Positions 37,321-47,137 of a stretch of 64,000 nucleotides of DNA are shown here, one piece after another; the first letter of the stretch is position 1; each line of letters opens with the position of its first letter. The stretch is from Candidatus Nomurabacteria bacterium (GTDB lineage Bacteria > Patescibacteriota > Minisyncoccia > Phycocordibacterales > UBA918): assembly GCA_020632095.1 (NCBI GenBank), contig JACKGF010000001.1:802141-866140 (forward strand). Reading direction: 5' to 3'. Position numbers and translations under genes: made by a program. The notes under the pieces were generated by a model. It was given only the letters and a program-made list of their open reading frames with translations. It had not been told where the DNA came from and did no database searches.

Positions 37321-38079
37321 ATGATAATGAAAATGCTTGAAACTGCACTAGTTAATCTCGGTTTAATTCAGTCGGCGCGAACCGTCTACACCTCGCTTTT
37401 ACTAGAAGGTGATACCAGTGCCCGCCTACTGGCCAAGCGTACCGGTCTCACTCGACCATCAGTTTATGATCAATTAAAAGACTTGCGTAATCGAGGGTTG
37501 GTGGTTGAGCGTGATGTTGAAGGTAAGACATTATTTTCGGCTACGGAGGTGAGTCGGCTCGATGGTTTACTGCGTGACAAAATTGAATTACTAGAAGCCA
37601 GTCGAAATGCTCTCGAAGAAGATTTACCGGCTTTACTAGCGCAGGCTCAATCAGTCCAACCCAAGATTCAGTTTTTTGAAGGGACGGAAGGAGTGCAGCA
37701 ATTAATGAAAGACATGTTGTGGTTTGACGATATTATCGTGAAAGCTTTCTGGCCGTACCGTGAAATGGTTGAAATTCTCGGTGAAGATTTTTTAAGTTGG
37801 TTTAATGAAAGGCGGATTAAACGCCAGATTCACATTCATTCAATCTGGCCGCATGCCGATAAGAAGATTTCCAATATCTTTACCGGACAAGATGATTTTG
37901 TCACCAAGCGCTATGCGCTACCAACCCAAAAAACTAAAATGAGTTATTTAATCTACGGTGACAAAACCATATTCATCAGTTCCACCAATGAAGCCTTCGG
38001 CTTTTTAGTACAAAGCGCCGAGTACGCAAAGTTGATGGAAGTGCAGTTTGATTCGCTCTGGTCCACAGCAAAAAAATAG
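37321..38079 (+). CDS. TrmB-family transcriptional regulator (paralog 1)
   Basis: It has the N-terminal wHTH LAKRTGLTRPSVYDQLKDLRNRGLV and a TrmB-like C-terminal domain. Confidence 0.55.
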   Translation: MIMKMLETALVNLGLIQSARTVYTSLLLEGDTSARLLAKRTGLTRPSVYDQLKDLRNRGLVVERDVEGKTLFSATEVSRLDGLLRDKIELLEASRNALEEDLPALLAQAQSVQPKIQFFEGTEGVQQLMKDMLWFDDIIVKAFWPYREMVEILGEDFLSWFNERRIKRQIHIHSIWPHADKKISNIFTGQDDFVTKRYALPTQKTKMSYLIYGDKTIFISSTNEAFGFLVQSAEYAKLMEVQFDSLWSTAKK

Positions 38080-38147
38080 TAAGAGTTGTGGTTTAAGGTG
38101 TGAAAATATAACAATGTACCTTACATGCCACTTATTCAAGTTGAATG

Positions 38148-38342
38148 TTAAATTTTGAAGAGGCTTAAACCTTGCCTAATGTAGTTTTTTAAGAATAGAA
38201 AAGCGGGGAGGGTAGACTTGTCCCAGGAATCATTCCCAACCTCACCTTTTTCTGGTTTGAGTAATTTGGGTTCGTCAGACTCCCAATCGGCTGCCATGAT
38301 TGCAGTGATGTAATGTTTATTATCTTGTTGTAACAAAAACAC
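38148..38342 (-). pseudogene. NUDIX hydrolase C-terminal fragment (remnant paralog of 42863..43291)
   Basis: DNKHYITAIMAADWESDEPKLLKPEKGE..WDKSTLPAFLFLKNYIRQG matches EDKHYITMLVTADWSSVEPQLLEPEKCERWDWFSWDKLPSPLFLPMQNHIDQG. The NUDIX box is absent. Confidence 0.5.
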
Positions 38343-38461
38343 CTACCCCAACACTAGGAATGTCAGTAATTGGTGATTACAAAAAAAGTAAAAAGCTGAG
38401 CCTAAAAAGTATAGCTTTTTAGGTTAAAATAATTTATTAAATAAGTTATACTTAAAGTTAT

Positions 38462-39022
38462 ATGGAACCAGAAAAAATAAATTTTGAGCCAGAATTACAT
38501 TATAGTATAAATGAAGTAACCCCTTTATCAAAATACCTAGCTATGGTGTTGTTTGTTATCCTGCCTTTTCTCGGAGGGTGGATTGGTTATGTGTATGCTC
38601 CAGATAAGATTGTGGTGGAAGAGAAGGTTATTTATAAGGAGGTTAAAGAGATAGATCAGTCTCAAAATGCTCAGGAATTTGATAAGGTAGAAATATCAGA
38701 TAATGCAGATGTTCCGGCTACAGAAAAAGTTGAAGTAAAATCAGTACCAGGCGGTCCTTCAGTTGAAAATAAGAATGTTGTAGTCAGTCCAGAATCTAAG
38801 CCGCCATATTACATTGAAAGTGGAGAGGTAAAGGTTAATAAAAATAATAAAACATTTGAAGCAAAAGTTATGTTTGGTTTGGCAGATATAATTACAATTC
38901 AGGGTGTTTACTTGAGTGAGGCGAACCTCTTAGATGAGGTTCTTCAACAGATAGTTTCTAAGTCAGGACGGAATGCGAAATATGTTGATAAAAATAACAT
39001 AACTATTTCCTATGTTCAGTAG
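38462..39022 (+). CDS. hypothetical membrane-anchored protein
   Basis: It has an N-terminal TM helix (LAMVLFVILPFLGGWIGYVYA). Confidence 0.4.
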   Translation: MEPEKINFEPELHYSINEVTPLSKYLAMVLFVILPFLGGWIGYVYAPDKIVVEEKVIYKEVKEIDQSQNAQEFDKVEISDNADVPATEKVEVKSVPGGPSVENKNVVVSPESKPPYYIESGEVKVNKNNKTFEAKVMFGLADIITIQGVYLSEANLLDEVLQQIVSKSGRNAKYVDKNNITISYVQ

Positions 39023-39141
39023 TTAACTTGCTTGTATTGCTGCTTAAACCAAAACCCCGTAAGGGGTTTTGTTCTATGAGGTGAAAGGTATGAACTATTA
39101 AAAATAGAGGTTACTTTAAAATTCAAAAAATAAAACACTTT

Positions 39142-39471
39142 TTATTCCATCTCTAAGAGTTGAACAAAATCTATAGCTACTTCTTCATATGGGTGATGAA
39201 TTTTAACTATTTCTATGAGCTTTGGAATCTTGTTTTCTTCACAAATGAATTGAATAGCTACTTCGTCGACTTCTTCCAGCTGCCCGCTTTCACCAATGGT
39301 TGGGTTCGCTTGGCTGTTCGGTTTGAAATACCCTTTTCCTTTAGTGACAAAGGTGCAGTGAGAGTAATTGCCGATATTGCTAATATCGGCGTCCCCGATC
39401 TGCATTCTGAGATTTTCAGATTCTGGCTCCGGACAAGTTAGCCAAACCTTAATTCTTGAAGATTTTTTCAT
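39142..39471 (-). CDS. small hypothetical protein
   Basis: 109-aa ORF with a terminator-like hairpin downstream. Confidence 0.3.
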   Translation of the reverse strand: MKKSSRIKVWLTCPEPESENLRMQIGDADISNIGNYSHCTFVTKGKGYFKPNSQANPTIGESGQLEEVDEVAIQFICEENKIPKLIEIVKIHHPYEEVAIDFVQLLEME

Positions 39472-39551
39472 TTTTTGAGTATAACAGGGAGTTGGGCAGA
39501 GATAAAATACAATATTTAGCGAGTATGATATTTAATTATACTTTTAAATAA

Positions 39552-40523
39552 CTATTCTGTTTGTGTGATAAGTGTTCGCAATCTTGCGTTTACATCAAAC
39601 TTCTTTGAATTGTCTTGGATGAACTTGAACATAGACAGAATGAGTTTTTGCATTTCGGAGTTACGGATTTCAATTACGATTTCCTCGTTCACAGCTATCA
39701 GATATAAGGAGCTTTTAAAAATAAATATTTGACCGCCATGCTTGAAATAATCCTCATGGATTTCGTTTGATATGGCCATGCGTCCTTCGAAGTTTTTAGC
39801 CCATTCCGCGCCGTGTGATGGGTACATCCTTTCGAAAAGACCGACTGGAAATATCATTTCAGTAATTATCTTGTTGTCTTTGATTGAGAGATTCCATCGA
39901 TCAAAACTTTCGTTATCAAACATGTTTCTCCAGCCCTCCGCCGCACTGTCTCCTTGAAGTGCAAAAAGGCGTTCTTGCTTGTGCTCTTTGGTGAGGTTGC
40001 CTAAGAGCGTTTTAACAGCAATGTTGCCGCGATGAACAAGTACGGTCGAGTCTGATACGCCTTTAATTTCTTCAGTACCCTCTGGTATAGCTAAGAGCTC
40101 TGTCTTGGTTAAGTACAACTCCTGCTCAATATTTCTATCAGTGGTTTGTGTCCAATATTTTTTACCGCTTCGAATATAAGTGTTGATTAAGCCTCGTTTG
40201 TGTAATCTTTGTAGTGTTTCGTAGACTGTGGTGCGGGAAATCTTTGTGTGTCTGGTGATTAATAGGGGAGTATTGTATTTGTTGCGTAAGGAATCAAGCA
40301 CTTTGATTTCTGAACGCGATAAACCAAGTAGTTTGATATTAGTTTTGGACAGCTTCATCAGTGAATGGTAGCAATTGTAGTCAGTTCTGTCCAGAAAATC
40401 CGACATAATTAGTATCAATATAACCTTTAATAATATGTCCAGAAATGAGATAAGTAAATATAATGCAATAAATTTATACTTTAGTTCATATAGGAATAAG
40501 CTGTATACGGGTAAGTTAACCAA
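39552..40523 (-). CDS. TrmB-family transcriptional regulator (paralog 2)
   Basis: Its HTH is ITRHTKISRTTVYETLQRLHKRGLI. Its C-terminal domain is about 60% identical to 49303..50121. The N-terminal extension in the listed ORF may not be translated. Confidence 0.55.
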   Translation of the reverse strand: MVNLPVYSLFLYELKYKFIALYLLISFLDILLKVILILIMSDFLDRTDYNCYHSLMKLSKTNIKLLGLSRSEIKVLDSLRNKYNTPLLITRHTKISRTTVYETLQRLHKRGLINTYIRSGKKYWTQTTDRNIEQELYLTKTELLAIPEGTEEIKGVSDSTVLVHRGNIAVKTLLGNLTKEHKQERLFALQGDSAAEGWRNMFDNESFDRWNLSIKDNKIITEMIFPVGLFERMYPSHGAEWAKNFEGRMAISNEIHEDYFKHGGQIFIFKSSLYLIAVNEEIVIEIRNSEMQKLILSMFKFIQDNSKKFDVNARLRTLITQTE

Positions 40524-40543
40524 TCAATCTGAAGGAGAGTGAT

Positions 40544-41488
40544 ATGACGTACACGACAGACTTGTTGGAGAAGGGGTACTTTTCTGAGGTCAGCGATCCG
40601 GCGCTGGTAATAGTTTCTATAGAGAGTGCTTGTAACCTAGAATGCCTGCATTGCTACTGGGAACATGGATTAACTAAGTCTCCAGAGAGGGATTGGTCAA
40701 AACAATTGAATGCTATCGCGAGGTGGGGTTCCGACCTGCTGTTCGCAGGAAGAATTTTGTCTCCTCAAGGTGCAAAACTCATCCGAGACTTCTACAATCT
40801 CACTGGCAAAAAGATTGGGATAATTGACAATGGCTACACTATTCTTGATCCTAGATATCGTGATCTATTAGATATATATGATGAAGTTAATGTTTCCATT
40901 GATGGAGTTGCAGCCGACCATGACCGTCAGCGGGGGAAAGTCGGTTCCTCTCGCGACGCTTGGCGAGCAATTCATGTCTTGAAAGAGGCTGGACTGGACC
41001 CGATCGTCTCGAGTTGTGTCTCACCTATCAACATCGATCGGTGGAGTGAATTTGAGGCAGAGCTGTACCAATACGATGTACCATTGTCGTGCACTCCTGT
41101 CTTGGGGATTGGTGGAAATATCGGCAGGATGCCCGTGTTCTCGTCCAAGGAGTTGATTAAAGCTTTCGAGTTTCTTTTAGCTGGAGTTCCAAAGCTGATT
41201 AATCTGTTGGATCCGAAGCATATGCAAGTGCTCTTACCATTACTCAAGGAATTCGAGTGGCAGATTGAAGACGATGGTTATACAGCAGTTGTAAACAGTG
41301 TGCTTGTAAAATACAGGCCGTATAGTCTGTCAACAATAAGGGAATTGAATTTGCAATGGGATGGTGAATTTTATCCTTTCATGGATGTGTTGTCTGGTGG
41401 AAAACCAGTCACCAAAGATCGAGTGCTTGATACTGCGAATTCATTCGCGAGAATGGAGCACTCGTTGGTGAGGACGCTTTTTGAGTGA
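40544..41488 (+). CDS. radical SAM protein, function unknown (about 55% GC)
   Basis: It has the CxxxCxxC motif in SACNLECLHCYW. Confidence 0.65.
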   Translation: MTYTTDLLEKGYFSEVSDPALVIVSIESACNLECLHCYWEHGLTKSPERDWSKQLNAIARWGSDLLFAGRILSPQGAKLIRDFYNLTGKKIGIIDNGYTILDPRYRDLLDIYDEVNVSIDGVAADHDRQRGKVGSSRDAWRAIHVLKEAGLDPIVSSCVSPINIDRWSEFEAELYQYDVPLSCTPVLGIGGNIGRMPVFSSKELIKAFEFLLAGVPKLINLLDPKHMQVLLPLLKEFEWQIEDDGYTAVVNSVLVKYRPYSLSTIRELNLQWDGEFYPFMDVLSGGKPVTKDRVLDTANSFARMEHSLVRTLFE

Positions 41489-41579
41489 AGGGGTATAAGG
41501 CTAGTTTCACGCAAGCTTCTGGTCGAATAAAATTCAGTTTAAAATTTTATAAATTTTCAATTCAATAATAATTCTGAAT

Positions 41580-41851
41580 CAAGGGTAGATCGTTGCTGTA
41601 ACAACGTCTAATCTTGAAGGACGAAAGTTTCAAGACCCGTAGCCAGTCAAGGGCACACTGGCAGGAGAAGGGTCATGCTGACAGCGGCCATCGCGGGCTC
41701 CAAAAAAACCAAACCTCCGCGCCCGACCAGTTAGTTTAAGGTTAGCCTGAATCAGCTTCGGAGCCGGAAATCATGCACGGCTTGGCAACAGAAGTGTCTA
41801 GTAGTTAGACACACAGCATTAGCAGGGGTGAAACATATCCCTGCTTTTTTG
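41580..41851 (+). ncRNA. candidate structured leader/ncRNA ending in an intrinsic terminator
   Basis: It lies in a 410-nt intergenic region and has multiple hairpins: cgttg-ctgta-acaacg, gccagt..actggc nested in gaccc..gggtc, and gtgtcta-gtagt-tagacac. The terminator is agcaggggtgaaacatatccctgctttttt at 41821-41851. Confidence 0.25.
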
Positions 41852-41900
41852 TTTGGTAATAAATACTGTTATTGAATTGGAACAAGTTATAATAAATGAT

Positions 41901-42743
41901 ATGTATATTATTTTTGATATTGGCGGTACTAATACAAGGGTTGCGGCCGGTAAGGATTTAGAGACTTTCGGGGAACCGATTAAATTCAAGACCCCGCTGG
42001 GGTACAGTGATGGTATTCAGGCAATGCACGAAGCGATTAAAGAGTTATCCAAGGGAGAAGAAATCGAAGGTATCGCAGGCGGTATTAGAGGGCCACTTAA
42101 TCAAAACAAGACAGGGATTGTGAGTGAAGTCATACTGCATGATTGGGTTGATCACAACATCACGTCAGATATTGCTGCACCGTTCGGAACCTCTGCCTAT
42201 TTAGAAAATGACACTGCTATCGTTGGTCTGGGCGAAGTTCATTACGGAGGAGGCCGAGGATACCAAATTGTGGCGTATCATACTGTTAGTACAGGGGTAG
42301 GCGGAGCTAGATTCATTGATGGCAATCTTGATCTGGCTAGAGTTGGCTTTGAACCCGGACACCAAATTCTTGATTTTGACCGAAGTTTTCTAGAAACTAA
42401 TACATTACCTACTTTAGAAAATTTAGTGTCTGGTGCGGCTCTGGAGCGTATGAAAGGGGTAAAGCCTTATGAGGTTCCGCAAGATGATGTTGTGTGGGTG
42501 GAATTAGCTATGCGTCTGGCTGCAGGTTTACGAAATACAATTGTCTATTGGTCACCGGATGTAATTGTGCTCGGGGGATCAATGATAGTAGGTGATCCGC
42601 GTATCCGGCTAGAGGATATCCGTACTTATACAGAGGGTATCATGAAAGACTTCATGCCCTGCCCAAAAATTGTTGATGCAGAGCTCGGAGATGACGGAGG
42701 ATTGTATGGTGCTATGGCTATGTTGAAACAAAGAGAAGTGTAG
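41901..42743 (+). CDS. ROK-family sugar kinase / transcriptional-regulator-like protein
   Basis: MYIIFDIGGTNTRVA is the ROK ATP-binding start. The ATG at 41901 is preferred over the listed TTG at 41853, which sits inside the terminator T-tract. Confidence 0.65.
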   Translation: MYIIFDIGGTNTRVAAGKDLETFGEPIKFKTPLGYSDGIQAMHEAIKELSKGEEIEGIAGGIRGPLNQNKTGIVSEVILHDWVDHNITSDIAAPFGTSAYLENDTAIVGLGEVHYGGGRGYQIVAYHTVSTGVGGARFIDGNLDLARVGFEPGHQILDFDRSFLETNTLPTLENLVSGAALERMKGVKPYEVPQDDVVWVELAMRLAAGLRNTIVYWSPDVIVLGGSMIVGDPRIRLEDIRTYTEGIMKDFMPCPKIVDAELGDDGGLYGAMAMLKQREV

Positions 42744-42862
42744 GTTTTAGGTGGAACTGGAGGGTGTATGGTTTCTAGTTATTATTTTTTATCTCAATCA
42801 AAAGTAGTCCCATTGGGACAACTTTTCATGTTGGCTGTGCGGTGTATTCAACGACTTTAGAA

Positions 42863-43291
42863 TTATTTTTGAAAAGGGTTGTAGCCCTGATCAATATGAT
42901 TCTGCATAGGAAGAAACAGCGGAGAAGGTAATTTGTCCCAAGAAAACCAATCCCACCGCTCACATTTCTCAGGTTCAAGAAGCTGAGGTTCAACAGAGCT
43001 CCAGTCTGCAGTCACTAACATAGTTATGTAGTGCTTGTCTTCTTCTCTGAAGAAATCTTCTGTAAAAACTGGTGTTTGAATATTTTTAAGATTTACACCT
43101 ACCTCTTCTAGAGTTTCTCTAATCGCACAAGCTTCTATGGTCTCCATAAATTCTAAATGACCTCCTGGAGGAGACCAGCTTCCTGTTCCGTGGGCGTTTT
43201 TTCGTTTACCCAGTAAAACTTTCCCCTCTCGTTTAATGATAACTCCTACTCCAATCCTTGGTATTTTTCCCATATTTATTAATTTTAGCAA
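42863..43291 (-). CDS. NUDIX hydrolase
   Basis: The NUDIX box is GGHLEFMETIEACAIRETLEEVGV. Confidence 0.8.
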   Translation of the reverse strand: MLKLINMGKIPRIGVGVIIKREGKVLLGKRKNAHGTGSWSPPGGHLEFMETIEACAIRETLEEVGVNLKNIQTPVFTEDFFREEDKHYITMLVTADWSSVEPQLLEPEKCERWDWFSWDKLPSPLFLPMQNHIDQGYNPFQK

Positions 43292-43364
43292 AGTTATAGG
43301 ATGGTAACTACTTCAGTCAATCTGCCAACAATAAAACCCCCTAAATAGTGGTTCATTGTATCTG

Positions 43365-43435
43365 TGCGGGTGAGAGGAATCGAACCCCCGACTACTGCTT
43401 GGAAGGCAGTCGTTTTACCACTAAACTACACCCGC
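43365..43435 (-). tRNA. tRNA-Gly (anticodon TCC)
   Basis: Reverse-complement acceptor stem GCGGGTG/CACCCGC. The anticodon stem is ACTGC/GCAGT with loop CTTCCAA. The T-loop is TTCGATT. Confidence 0.8.
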
Positions 43436-43471
43436 GAAATGAGTACTTGGGGCGTTTGGGTGCGTAGCTTT

Positions 43472-43531
43472 CGAGAAGTAATTATTAATGAAACAGATGC
43501 TTGTATATGTTTCATTAATAATTACTTCTCG
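43472..43531. repeat. long perfect hairpin (24-bp arms, about 12-nt loop)
   Basis: cgagaagtaattattaatgaaaca ... tgtttcattaataattacttctcg. Confidence 0.6.
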
Positions 43532-43876
43532 ATACAGGCTTTGCCTGTATACCCAAACATTTCAGGCGAACGAGAGGGTGTATCCTTAGATACACCCGCG
43601 TGTGTCTGTATGCTCCACTCTGAACCAAGGGTTGGCTCAAAGTTAAACGATTCTAGCATATTAGGCTGATAATTCAATCTGTGGAGGAAAAACAAAAGTC
43701 TCCGGCTGAGGAGACTTTTGTTTTTTGTGATGGGAAATAGCGAACAACGCCCTTCTTTATCCACATAGCGTTACCTCCGCTACTTAAATATTATAGCACA
43801 CAGATTAGAGAAGGTGGTAGGTATAACAAATGCCGTGTGAGACTTTGGTCCCACACGGCATTTGTTTGAGAGTAAA

Positions 43877-44149
43877 TTACTTTACTGAATCCTTCAGGGC
43901 CTTCGCTGCTCGGAACTTTGGTACTCGCATAGCGGGTACTGATACAGTCTCACCAGTTCGTGGGTTTCGAGCTTCACGAGCTGCTCGCATCTTGGCTTCG
44001 AAAATACCAAATCCTGCAACTGATACTTGTGTGCCGTCCTTCATAGCTGCTTCGATGCTGTCAAATACAGCGTCAACTGCACGTTCTGCATCAGCCTTTG
44101 TTGTGTCGAGTACTTCGTGCACTTTGCTGATGATGTCTGCTTTATTCAT
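43877..44149 (-). CDS. hup: DNA-binding protein HU
   Basis: MNKADIISKV...GFGIFEAKMRAAREARNPRTGETVSVPAMRVPKFRAAKALK. Confidence 0.85.
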   Translation of the reverse strand: MNKADIISKVHEVLDTTKADAERAVDAVFDSIEAAMKDGTQVSVAGFGIFEAKMRAAREARNPRTGETVSVPAMRVPKFRAAKALKDSVK

Positions 44150-44334
44150 AGTTCAGAAATTATTTTCTAAGAGCGTTTAAATGTGGGCTGATAGTTATTT
44201 CAGCACCGTGCCTTTTTGGTGGCTTGAAAACATTATATATCAACGTATTTATGCTGCAACGACTACACAAGTCTTATTTGTGTTGTGTAATGTTTTTGAC
44301 CAAATTTTTTGTTAAACGATATAATTAAAAAATT

Positions 44335-44880
44335 ATGAAAATTGGAGTCATGGGAGCTAAAGGAAGTTTCTCGGAGCAAGCCGGCGAGACGTATTTGTCT
44401 AGCGGTGAAATTATTCCTTTGGTTAGCGCTGAGAACGTTTTAAGCGCTTTAAATAAGGGTGAAATTGACCGAGGAATTTTTCCAATTGAGAATAGCAATG
44501 GTGGAATTGTGCTTGAGGCGGTCTATGCGATGGCGAAATATACGTTCGAAATCGAACGTATGTTTGAGTTAGATATTCACCATATGTTGTTAGTGAAGCA
44601 TGGAGTAACTGCTTCCCGTATTCAATCGATATCCTCACATGACCAAGCTTTGAAGCAGTGTCGTATGTATTTGAAGCGAGTTTGGCCAGCAGCTGATATC
44701 AATCCTTATGCTGATACAGCTAAGGCGGCGGAAGATTTGGCGAGTGGAATTTTGCCGGAGACAACCGCAGTGATTGCACCAAGGCAATGTGCAGAGTTGT
44801 ATGGACTAGATATTTTGGATGAGTCGATTCAGGATTTGAAATTTAATTACACGACTTTTGTGGTGGCGGTGAAGGGGTAA
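44335..44880 (+). CDS. prephenate dehydratase catalytic (PDT) domain protein, no ACT domain
   Basis: MKIGVMGAKGSFSEQA...IFPIENS is the PDT domain. The protein is only 181 aa. Confidence 0.6.
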   Translation: MKIGVMGAKGSFSEQAGETYLSSGEIIPLVSAENVLSALNKGEIDRGIFPIENSNGGIVLEAVYAMAKYTFEIERMFELDIHHMLLVKHGVTASRIQSISSHDQALKQCRMYLKRVWPAADINPYADTAKAAEDLASGILPETTAVIAPRQCAELYGLDILDESIQDLKFNYTTFVVAVKG

Positions 44881-44932
44881 GTGGAAATTAAAAAAGGTCG
44901 GCCCTACAGGGCCGACCTTTTTTAATTTCCAC
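44881..44932. terminator. extended bidirectional terminator hairpin
   Basis: gtggaaattaaaaaaggtcggccc-tac-agggccgaccttttttaatttccac. It has the same build as 58448-58502. Confidence 0.65.
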
Positions 44933-46462
44933 TTACCGAGCGTAACTAATCACTCTAGTTTCACGAATAACATGAACTTTAATTTCTCCGGGGTAACGCA
45001 ACTGGGCTTCGATAGTGGTAGCTATCGTGCGGGCTAGGGCGTTGGTTTCAAAATCATTGAGAGTGGTTGGGTTTACCAGTACTCTGATTTCTCGACCGGC
45101 TGCAATCGCAAAGGCTTTGTCTACTCCAGCTAGGTTTGTGGCAATATTTTCTAGGTCAGACAATCTTTTGACATAGTTCTCTAGGGAATCACGTCTAGCG
45201 CCTGGTCGTCCGCCTGAGATTGAGTCGGCTACTTGGACGATGATTGATTCAGGTGTCTCGTACGGATATTCCTCGTGGTGAGCGCGCATGGCCAGGATGA
45301 CTTTCTGGTCGACACCATATTTCTCCAGAATCCGGATACCGATTTCAACGTGGGTACCGGCTACCTCATGACTGACCGTCTTTCCGATATCGTGGAGCAA
45401 AGCTCCAGCGCGGGCAATACCGACATCAGCCCCCACTTCTTCTGCGATTACTCCAGCGATATGTGCCATTTCCACTGAGTGCCAGAGAACGTTTTGGCCA
45501 TAGCTAGTCCGGAAATGAAGACGGCCAAGGATGGTAAGTAGGTCAGGGTGAAGATTTGGCACATTGGCTTCGTAAGCCGCCTTTTCGCCCATGGCTCGCA
45601 CTGTTTTGGCTACTTCAGAGCGAGCCTTCTCTACTTCCTCCTCAATCTTGGCTGGTTGAATTCGCCCGTCCTTAAGAAGAGTTTCGAGAGCTACGCGAGC
45701 AATCTCGCGGCGGATTGGGTCAAACGAAGACAAGACAATGTAGCCGGGTGATTCATCGATTAGGACATCGACCCCAGTGGCTCGCTCGAAGGCGCGCACG
45801 TTTCTACCTTCTTTTCCAATCACCTTACCCTTTAGGTCATCACTTGGAATTTCTACATGAGCTGTCATCAGGTTGGGTGACACTGTGTTACCAGCGCGAT
45901 GAATAGCTGCCATTAAGATATTTTGAGCTTTTTGCTCGTACTGTTCTTCACCCAAGCGGTCTAGTTTTTCCAAACGAGCGCGCAGGTCGCCCTCTCGTTC
46001 TATTTCAACTACTTTCATCAGCTTTTCAACCGCTTCGTCCTTGGTTAATCCCGCTACAGCCTCCAGCTTTTTGTCGGCTTCATCAACTCGGGTATCGAGT
46101 TGAGCTTTGATAGATTTAATCTGTTCAACTTTGTCTTGCAATGATTCTTTTTGGGAATCAATGTCGATTTGTCGGTCGTCTAGAATTTCCTCTCTTTTTG
46201 ATAGTCGGGTTTCCTTTTGTTCCAGTTTTTCCTCCAAGTGCTTTCGTTCGGCTTTTGCTTCGGCCTCGATACGTTCGGCTTTGTTTTCAGCTTCCTCAAT
46301 GATAGCTAACGCCTTTTTCTCGGCGTCAATTTCTTTCTCTTTCAGGTCTAATTCAATCGAGTTTTTCTTTGAGTGAGCGTGCAGGTAGCGCACATAATAA
46401 CCAGCTCCAATACCGAGAAATAAAGCAACTGCCAGAGCGACCATAAATGTTTGTGGTGGCAT
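44933..46462 (-). CDS. rny: ribonuclease Y
   Basis: It has an N-terminal TM helix, a coiled coil, a KH domain and an HD domain (LLHDIGK). Confidence 0.85.
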   Translation of the reverse strand: MPPQTFMVALAVALFLGIGAGYYVRYLHAHSKKNSIELDLKEKEIDAEKKALAIIEEAENKAERIEAEAKAERKHLEEKLEQKETRLSKREEILDDRQIDIDSQKESLQDKVEQIKSIKAQLDTRVDEADKKLEAVAGLTKDEAVEKLMKVVEIEREGDLRARLEKLDRLGEEQYEQKAQNILMAAIHRAGNTVSPNLMTAHVEIPSDDLKGKVIGKEGRNVRAFERATGVDVLIDESPGYIVLSSFDPIRREIARVALETLLKDGRIQPAKIEEEVEKARSEVAKTVRAMGEKAAYEANVPNLHPDLLTILGRLHFRTSYGQNVLWHSVEMAHIAGVIAEEVGADVGIARAGALLHDIGKTVSHEVAGTHVEIGIRILEKYGVDQKVILAMRAHHEEYPYETPESIIVQVADSISGGRPGARRDSLENYVKRLSDLENIATNLAGVDKAFAIAAGREIRVLVNPTTLNDFETNALARTIATTIEAQLRYPGEIKVHVIRETRVISYAR

Positions 46463-46585
46463 ATTGTGTATTTCTTAAATAATATTCGTAACAGTACAAA
46501 ATCAACTGTACTAGACAATGAGGGATTTGTAAAACTGGTCGGTGATACGAGAATCACCGACCAGCTGTTCTGGTTCAGACTACTG

Positions 46586-47137
46586 TTACTGCAAGCCGAG
46601 AAAGGCTTTTATCATTTCTTTTGTGATCTTACCCTTGCTTTTTCTTATGAGAACAATCAGTTCGGCCAGATTGTCTGTCGGTAGCGGGTTTCTGCTTGTT
46701 TGGTAACATTCGGCAATTACCTCGACCAAAGGAAGAAAAGCTAGAGAAACCAATTCTTTACACGTGACACCAGGCTCGTCGGTTATGGAGTCCACAAAGA
46801 AATAGTTCTTAAGATTTATCACGTTACCCTTCGTTGGTAGCGTGTAGGCTCCTAGCCACCGGTCAATTGTCGCGATTGAAATTGACGTTTGGTGAGCAAA
46901 ATCCTGCTTGTTGCCGAAGGTTGCAAAGAGGTTCGATAAGGCTGTGGCAACAGGTTTGTTATTTGTGAGACCAGCTCTAGCTTCTGTAACCGCATGTTCG
47001 AACACTCCCCAAAGTTCTGAGACCGATTGAGTATTTGTCATTGTTTCACTCCTGTTTGTTGAATGCGGATTGATTGAAGAACTCCCAGATACACTGAGTA
47101 TGTTTAATAATATGTAGCAAATGGATGGAAATGGCAA
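46586..47137 (-). CDS. hypothetical protein
   Basis: ORF. The likely start is MTNTQSVSELW at about 47042. Confidence 0.4.
   Translation of the reverse strand: MPFPSICYILLNILSVSGSSSINPHSTNRSETMTNTQSVSELWGVFEHAVTEARAGLTNNKPVATALSNLFATFGNKQDFAHQTSISIATIDRWLGAYTLPTKGNVINLKNYFFVDSITDEPGVTCKELVSLAFLPLVEVIAECYQTSRNPLPTDNLAELIVLIRKSKGKITKEMIKAFLGLQ

Noticed and set aside
41580-41851. Identification of the structured intergenic RNA as RNase P RNA, SRP RNA, tmRNA or 6S RNA
   Set aside because: The conserved hallmarks are absent on both strands: the P4 AGGAAAGUCCGGGC / ACAGAANCCGGCUUA motifs, the SRP domain-IV GGAAGCAGCC motif, and the tmRNA tRNA-like ends with a tag ORF. Only a vague CGGGCUCCA similarity exists.
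41853-41900. TTG start at 41853 for the ROK kinase ORF
   Set aside because: That position lies inside the terminator T-tract. The ATG at 41901 gives the canonical MYIIFDIGGT start.
43364-43669. 101-aa ORF on the plus strand
   Set aside because: It lies entirely over the minus-strand tRNA-Gly(TCC) gene and the adjacent long hairpin, so it is a spurious shadow ORF.
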